This document shows positions 35,183 through 39,538 of a stretch of DNA of 39,538 bases, piece after piece. Below the pieces are notes generated by a model. The model did not search any database, was not told the DNA's origin, and saw only the letters and a list, made by a program, of their open reading frames with translations. Source of the stretch: Gemmatimonadales bacterium. Lineage in GTDB: Bacteria > Gemmatimonadota > Gemmatimonadetes > Gemmatimonadales > GWC2-71-9. The stretch is from assembly GCA_036257415.1 (NCBI GenBank), contig DATAFP010000192.1, positions 1-39,538 of the forward strand. Direction: 5' to 3'. Each line of letters starts with the position of its first letter. Position 1 is the stretch's first letter. The translations under genes were made by a program, and so were the position numbers.

Positions 35183-36457
35183 TCATTTACCCGCAGCCGC
35201 CGCGTCGACGCCGGCAAGCAATCGATCCACCTCCTCCTCGGTGCTGTAGCAGGCGCAGCCCGCGCGCACCAGACCCTCCTCCGCATATCCCAACCGCTCG
35301 ACCACCGTCGCCGCGTAGAAGTCGCCGCTCGAGACGAATACCGCGCGCTCAGCGAGGCTCCTCGCCACATCGTGCGCGGGACGGCCGCGAACCACAAAGG
35401 CGAGGGTGGGAGTTCGTGGCTCGCCCGGCGGCGGGCCATACAGCGTCACCGCCGGGATAGCCGCCAGGCCATTCCACAGGCGGCGGATCAAACGCTCACC
35501 CTGGGCATGAATCACGGCATATGCCGCCGAGAGCCGGTCGCGCCGACTCCCCTCGGCGCGCGCCCGATCCCGCCCACCCAGGCCGGCGAGGAAGTCCACC
35601 ACCGCGAGGGTACCCGCGATACCCTCGTGACACAGCGTTCCGGTCTCGATCCGTTCGGGAATTGCGTTGGGCGCCGGGACCAGCTTCGGGACGTCCAGGC
35701 TCGCTAGCAGGTCCCGGCGGCTCCAGAGAATTCCGATGTGCGGGCCGTAGAACTTGTACGCCGAACAGGCCAGAAAATCGGCCTCCAGCGCCTGGACGTC
35801 GGGCAGCAGGTGGGGAGCGTAGTGTACCGCATCCACGAACAAGAGCGCGCCGACCGCCCGGGCCATCCTGCCGGCGCGAGCCACGTCGTTCACCGTACCC
35901 AGGGCGTTGGACGCCGCGCCGATGGCCACCAGCCGCGTCCGAGGCGAGATGGCAGCCTCGAAGGTGTCCCAGTCCAGCTGACCGGAGTCGCGATGGAACG
36001 GCACCGCCCGGACAACCACACCTCGCTCCGTCGCAAGCGCCCGCCAAGGATCAATATTGGCGTGATGGTCGAGCTCGGTGACCACGATCTCGTCGCCGGC
36101 GCCCCACCGCCGACCCAGCGACCGGGCCACGTGGAACGTGAGCGTGGTCATGTTCGCGCCGAAGGCGACCTCGTCGGCTCGCCCGCCCACCAAGTCGGCC
36201 ACCGCCGCACGCGCGTCCGCGATGATTGCGTCGGTCTCCTGGCTGGTCGGGTAGTGCCAGTCGGTGTTCGCATTATGGCGGAGCAGGTACTCCGACACGG
36301 CATCGACCACGACTTGCGGCACCTGGGTGCCTCCCGGCCCGTCGAAGTACGCGACCGGCAGATGCCGGTGCCGGCGGGCGAGCGCGGGAAACGCGGCGCG
36401 CACCCGGTCGGTAAACGCGGAGGCCCCTGACTCGGATGCGGTAACGGGGGTGGGCAT
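35183..36457 (-). CDS. Class V aminotransferase, cysteine desulfurase-like (SufS/CsdA-related subfamily)
   Basis: YFDGPGGTQVP, TELDHHANIDPW, and SAYKFYGPHIGILW (PLP lysine context). 424 aa. Confidence 0.8.
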   Translation of the reverse strand: MPTPVTASESGASAFTDRVRAAFPALARRHRHLPVAYFDGPGGTQVPQVVVDAVSEYLLRHNANTDWHYPTSQETDAIIADARAAVADLVGGRADEVAFGANMTTLTFHVARSLGRRWGAGDEIVVTELDHHANIDPWRALATERGVVVRAVPFHRDSGQLDWDTFEAAISPRTRLVAIGAASNALGTVNDVARAGRMARAVGALLFVDAVHYAPHLLPDVQALEADFLACSAYKFYGPHIGILWSRRDLLASLDVPKLVPAPNAIPERIETGTLCHEGIAGTLAVVDFLAGLGGRDRARAEGSRRDRLSAAYAVIHAQGERLIRRLWNGLAAIPAVTLYGPPPGEPRTPTLAFVVRGRPAHDVARSLAERAVFVSSGDFYAATVVERLGYAEEGLVRAGCACYSTEEEVDRLLAGVDAAAAGK

Positions 36458-36565
36458 GGAGTAAGGGTTGAGAAATCAGGTTATATGCAATTGGCTAACA
36501 CATTGCTTTGCAGCCAATTACCACAAAGGTTGAACAGACCATCGACACGGTTGAGGATAAAGCCG

Positions 36566-36598
36566 ACCGGGCGGAATGTCGGTGACATCCCGCCCGGT
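36566..36598 (-). terminator. Stem-loop immediately 3' of ssrA (candidate intrinsic terminator)
   Basis: ACCGGGCGGGATGT / ACATTCCGCCCGGT arms with one mismatch and a 5-nt loop. It starts 3 nt after the tmRNA 3' end and is followed on the reverse strand by CGGCTTTATCC, which is only a weak U-tract. Confidence 0.5.
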
Positions 36599-36600
36599 GA

Positions 36601-36961
36601 TGGAGGCGCAGGGAATCGAACCCTGGTCCGAGTGAGCATCCGAAACCGCGTCTACGCGCGTAGGCCCGATTTTGTGCCTTTTCCGCTGGCAGGCATCGAA
36701 CCGGCCCACCTGCGGAGCAGCCCCCCTGCTCTCGCCGGCTCGCGGTGGGGCACCGCGTCCAGCCAGCCCGACTTTGCGATACGGTGGGGACGCCTCAGGC
36801 GGGCTTCCGTCACCGCAGGTGCGTCAGCGAGCTGAGCTCAGCTTACGCAGCCAGTGCCAGTTCAGAGTTGGCAGTTAGTACGTTCCAGACGGTTTTACCA
36901 GGTGCCTGGACCTGGGCACGCAACGATTCCCTCAACAAACCCGTCGAAGCCGATCGCCCCC
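36601..36961 (-). ncRNA. ssrA: tmRNA (SsrA), 361 nt mature-length estimate
   Basis: The reverse strand begins GGGGGCGATCGGCTTCGACGGG and ends GGTTCGATTCCCTGCGCCTCCA. The 5'/3' ends form a 7-bp acceptor stem with a G3-U pair (alanine identity), and there is a T-arm GGTTCGATTCC. The internal tag frame GCC AAC TCT GAA CTG GCA CTG GCT GCG TAA (36843..36872) encodes ANSELALAA. The 3' CCA is not encoded: the discriminator A is followed by TCACC. Confidence 0.93.
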
Positions 36962-37017
36962 GACAGAGAAGAAAAATAACCGAAACCTGGGCCGGCGGGG
37001 AGCGGCGGAGCTCCCCC

Positions 37018-38457
37018 CTAACGCGCCGCGCCCGCCGCTTCCACCCGGTTCCGACCGCTCCGCTTTGCCACGTAAAGCGCCGCGTCCGCCTGCGCCGGCA
37101 GATTCTCCAGCTCGGTATTGGTCTCCGGGCACGCGGCCACGCCAAATGAGGCGCTCAGCGACCAATGCCGACCCTGCCACTCCCATGCCGTGGTTCCGAG
37201 CTTGATACGTACCCGCTCGGCAATGCGCTTGCCCAGGTCGAGGGTCGCCCCCGGTAGCCAGATGGCGAACTCCTCGCCCCCAATCCGCGCCGGAATGTCC
37301 CCGCCCCGGACCTGCTCTCGCAGAATGCGCGCAAAGTGAATGAGGGCGGCATCCCCGGCTGGATGGCCCAGGGTGTCGTTGAGGTGCTTGAAGCGGTCCA
37401 GGTCGGCAAAAATCAGGGCCCCCTCACGGACTTCCACCCGGCTCAGCGCCTGTTCGAGCCCTCGCCGGTTGACCAGGCCGGTCAGCGGATCGGACGCCGC
37501 CGACCGGAGCGCTGCATCGGTGGACACCGCCCGTACCAGCCGGGGTGCTGCATTGGTAACCGCCTCCTGCAACTCGGCTCGGACTGACCCCGCCGGCTCC
37601 ACCCCGGTCGGGAGGTGGACCGCGACCGCGCCGACCGGGGGCGAGCTGCCGACGGCGATCGGGACGAGCAGGGTCGTGCCGATCCGCTGCCGCCGATCCG
37701 CGACCACCGCGCCCAATGGGTCGTCGCCGGTGAGTGTTTGGGGAAGGGCGCCGAGCGCTACGCGCGCGAGCTCGGCATAGGGTGGCAGCACGCTGTCTAG
37801 CAACCGGCGGTCGCCTCGACCCGACACACCGACGATGCGCACGCGTTCGTCGCCCGGGCTCGTGGCTTCGACTGCGGCCACGACGATCTCGGTTTCGAGG
37901 GTCCGCTCCAGCTGGTAGGCCAGGCGCAGTCCCACGCTTCCCGCAGACTCCAGTTGGGCATCCTGGGTCTGAGCTTGAGCGAGCGCCACGATCTGGGGAC
38001 GCCGTCGCGCCCCATCCAGCAGCTTTTCGAGGTCTCGTTCCACCTCGCCGAGCTCGTTGGCGTTGAACGTGTGCGGGAGAAGAATGCCTACGGCATATCC
38101 GGCCGCGGCGCGGAACACCAGGGTGCCGACGCCCAGCCGCTCGACGCCGTGCTCTTCGATATCACGTGCCCGCTCCAGCCGCCGGTCGACCGCTTGGATC
38201 TGCGTGATCGACAATCGGTCGCCATCAACGTGGCGCTCGGCGCGCGGGCCCTCTTCACCTGCGCCCACCTCGCTCACCCATACGCCGAGCGCGCCGTGGG
38301 AGCGCATGAGCCAGCCGAATGCCGGGTCGGGAAGCAGGTGCGCACCGACGCCAGACGGGGCAGGCCGGCCGACTCCGATCCCCTGCCCCCGAAGCAGTCG
38401 GCCGGCGAACCACGCGGCCACCACGCCGACGACGACGCCGACGAGAAACGCGATCAC
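37018..38457 (-). CDS. Membrane-anchored diguanylate cyclase (N-terminal TM helix, GAF-like region(s), GGDEF domain)
   Basis: LTGLVNRRG, FADLDRFKHLND and an active-site GGEEF preceded by an RxxD I-site at the canonical spacing (RGGDIPARIGGEEF). The start is assigned to a GTG forming a GTGA overlap with the larB stop (38454..38457), which begins the protein directly at the TM helix IAFLVGVVVGVVAAWF. ATG 38535 is the alternative. Confidence 0.82.
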   Translation of the reverse strand: MIAFLVGVVVGVVAAWFAGRLLRGQGIGVGRPAPSGVGAHLLPDPAFGWLMRSHGALGVWVSEVGAGEEGPRAERHVDGDRLSITQIQAVDRRLERARDIEEHGVERLGVGTLVFRAAAGYAVGILLPHTFNANELGEVERDLEKLLDGARRRPQIVALAQAQTQDAQLESAGSVGLRLAYQLERTLETEIVVAAVEATSPGDERVRIVGVSGRGDRRLLDSVLPPYAELARVALGALPQTLTGDDPLGAVVADRRQRIGTTLLVPIAVGSSPPVGAVAVHLPTGVEPAGSVRAELQEAVTNAAPRLVRAVSTDAALRSAASDPLTGLVNRRGLEQALSRVEVREGALIFADLDRFKHLNDTLGHPAGDAALIHFARILREQVRGGDIPARIGGEEFAIWLPGATLDLGKRIAERVRIKLGTTAWEWQGRHWSLSASFGVAACPETNTELENLPAQADAALYVAKRSGRNRVEAAGAAR

Positions 38458-39188
38458 CGCGAGAGGATGCGGCTCGCTGCCGCTGCGGCGCCGAAGCCGT
38501 TGTCGATGTTCACCACCGTCACCCCTGCGGCGCACGAGTTAAGCATCGCAAGCAGAGCGGCGATGCCACCGAACGACGCTCCGTACCCCACGCTGGTCGG
38601 CACCGCGATCACGGGCCTCCGCACCAGGCCTCCCACGACGCTGGGCAGGGCGCCTTCCATTCCGGCCACAACGATGAGGACGTCGGCCATCGCCAGCCGC
38701 TCGGTCTCCGACAGGAGACGGTGAATGCCGGCCACGCCCACGTCGACCAGATCGTCGACCCCATGACCGAATGCGCGTGCGGTCACGGCTGCTTCCTCCG
38801 CGACGGGCAGATCGCTCGTGCCGGCCGATACGACGAGGATGGATCCAGTAGGCGGATGCACCGGCGGGCGGACGGGCAGATGGATCGTTCGCGCCATGGG
38901 GTTCCATTCGACACCGGGAAACCGCCCGCTGAGCGCGTCGGCCATCGCCTCCGTGGCGCGGGTCCCCAGGAACGAACCCCCGTGTACCGCCAACCGCTCG
39001 CAGATGGCGACGACCTGCTCCACGGTCTTGCCGGCGCAGAAGACCACCTCTGGATGGCCCTGACGGATCTGGCGGTGGTGATCGACGCGGGCGAACGGGA
39101 GGTCTTCGAACGGAAGGTGCCGGAGTCGTTGCAGCGCGGACTCCGGGGTGAGTTGGCCGGCGGCAACTTCGGCCAGCAGCGCTTCCAT
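38454..39188 (-). CDS. larB: LarB-type pyridinium-3,5-biscarboxylic acid mononucleotide synthase (PurE-like; nickel-pincer cofactor biosynthesis)
   Basis: FARVDHHRQIRQGHPEVVFCAGKT, VVSAGTSDLPVAEEAAVTA, DVGVAGIHRL, VVAGMEGALPSVVGGL, AVPTSVGYGASFGG and VVNIDNGFGAA closely follow the LarB pattern. Start is ATG 39188, or GTG 39203 as a GTGA overlap with the dus stop. Confidence 0.85.
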   Translation of the reverse strand: MEALLAEVAAGQLTPESALQRLRHLPFEDLPFARVDHHRQIRQGHPEVVFCAGKTVEQVVAICERLAVHGGSFLGTRATEAMADALSGRFPGVEWNPMARTIHLPVRPPVHPPTGSILVVSAGTSDLPVAEEAAVTARAFGHGVDDLVDVGVAGIHRLLSETERLAMADVLIVVAGMEGALPSVVGGLVRRPVIAVPTSVGYGASFGGIAALLAMLNSCAAGVTVVNIDNGFGAAAAASRILSR

Positions 39189-39199
39189 CTGGGCGGGTG

Positions 39200-39538
39200 T
39201 CACGCCACCCGTGGCACCGGCTCGAGGTAATCGAGGAAGATCGCCTCCGCCTCGGCGATCGACTCGATTCGGAACAGACGCTGGCGCAGATCGCTCGCGC
39301 CGTGGAGGCCTTTCGTATACCAGCCGAAATGCTTGCGGAACTCGATGACGGTCTGCCGGGTGTCTCCCTGGAGCTCGAGCGCCAGCCGGGCGTGCTCCAG
39401 CGCGACCGCAAATCGCTCCGCCGCGCTCGGGGGAGCCGGGAGAGGACGACCAGCCAGGAGCGCCTGCGCATCGCCGAACAGCCACGGATTACCGAACGCG
39501 CCCCGCCCGACCATGATGCCGGCGCATCGAGTGTGGTC
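39200..39538 (-). CDS. tRNA-dihydrouridine synthase (Dus family), C-terminal part; the 5' end is outside the window
   Basis: GIMVGRGAFGNPWLF followed by the helical C-terminal domain (EFRKHFGWYTKGL). The reading frame is open to the window edge. Confidence 0.8.
   Translation of the reverse strand, partial: DHTRCAGIMVGRGAFGNPWLFGDAQALLAGRPLPAPPSAAERFAVALEHARLALELQGDTRQTVIEFRKHFGWYTKGLHGASDLRQRLFRIESIAEAEAIFLDYLEPVPRVA

Noticed and set aside
36458-36600. Possibility that ssrA marks the edge of an integrated genomic island or prophage.
   Set aside because: There is no integrase, no direct repeat of the ssrA 3' end, and only ~140 nt before an ordinary metabolic gene. The flanks are housekeeping on both sides.
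36995-37017. GGGGAGC-N6-GCTCCCC hairpin just after the diguanylate cyclase stop, considered as an intrinsic terminator or an ssrA promoter element.
   Set aside because: The stem is only 7 bp and no U-tract follows it. I could not place convincing -35/-10 hexamers for ssrA relative to it, so the evidence is too weak to annotate.
36485-37149. ORFs 36485..36835 (+), 36672..36878 (+), 36745..37149 (+) and 36843..37145 (-), considered as possible small proteins.
   Set aside because: They overlap the tmRNA gene (36601..36961). The acceptor stem, T-arm and tag frame of that RNA account for the sequence, and the translations have no protein-like features.
1-39538. Search by eye for CRISPR arrays, toxin-antitoxin pairs, restriction-modification or other known defence genes, and for IS elements or transposases.
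   Set aside because: I found no regularly spaced direct repeats, no nuclease/methylase/ATPase defence signatures, and no transposase or integrase motifs in any of the credible ORFs. Apart from the signalling genes noted above, the window is core metabolism.

Overview
The window is GC-rich and very tightly packed. I call about 38 protein genes and one tmRNA, almost all of them core metabolism. I saw no CRISPR array, transposase, integrase, phage gene or recognisable defence gene.

Gene content, left to right:
- A glyoxylate/serine-type cluster: a CitE/malyl-CoA-lyase-like fragment, a class V serine/alanine-glyoxylate aminotransferase, and a divergent glycerate 2-kinase plus amidohydrolase.
- A roughly 12 kb minus-strand run of 13 co-directional genes, mostly with overlapping or nearly abutting start and stop codons: trpC-trpF-trpB-[HEAT-repeat protein]-[HD-GYP protein]-trpA-[multi-TM/GAF/MCP-signalling protein]-folK-panB-panC-panD-[YqeK-like HD hydrolase]-[LytR_C protein].
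- lexA on the opposite strand, wedged between trpD and trpC.
- A roughly 14 kb plus-strand run: truA-htrA-purB-purC-psd-pssA-purS-purQ-[small secreted protein]-[zinc-ribbon protein]-purL-purF-ppdK.
- A small WYL-like gene, then purE-purK, a DUF2911-like protein, a class V aminotransferase, ssrA (tmRNA), and dus(partial)-larB-[GGDEF cyclase].

The most unusual feature is that trpB and trpA, normally adjacent and coupled, are separated by two translationally coupled c-di-GMP-type signalling genes. Those two genes share an uncharacterised N-terminal domain. An atypical chemoreceptor-like gene follows trpA directly. This is the best candidate for an undescribed system, but its function is inferred from gene context only.

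Lesser oddities:
- Two small genes between purQ and purL.
- TTCGG direct repeats upstream of lexA.
- A long GA/CT-rich palindrome between convergent genes.
- An orphan larB coupled to a diguanylate cyclase.

All calls rest on reading the translated ORFs and the DNA by eye. No database search was run.
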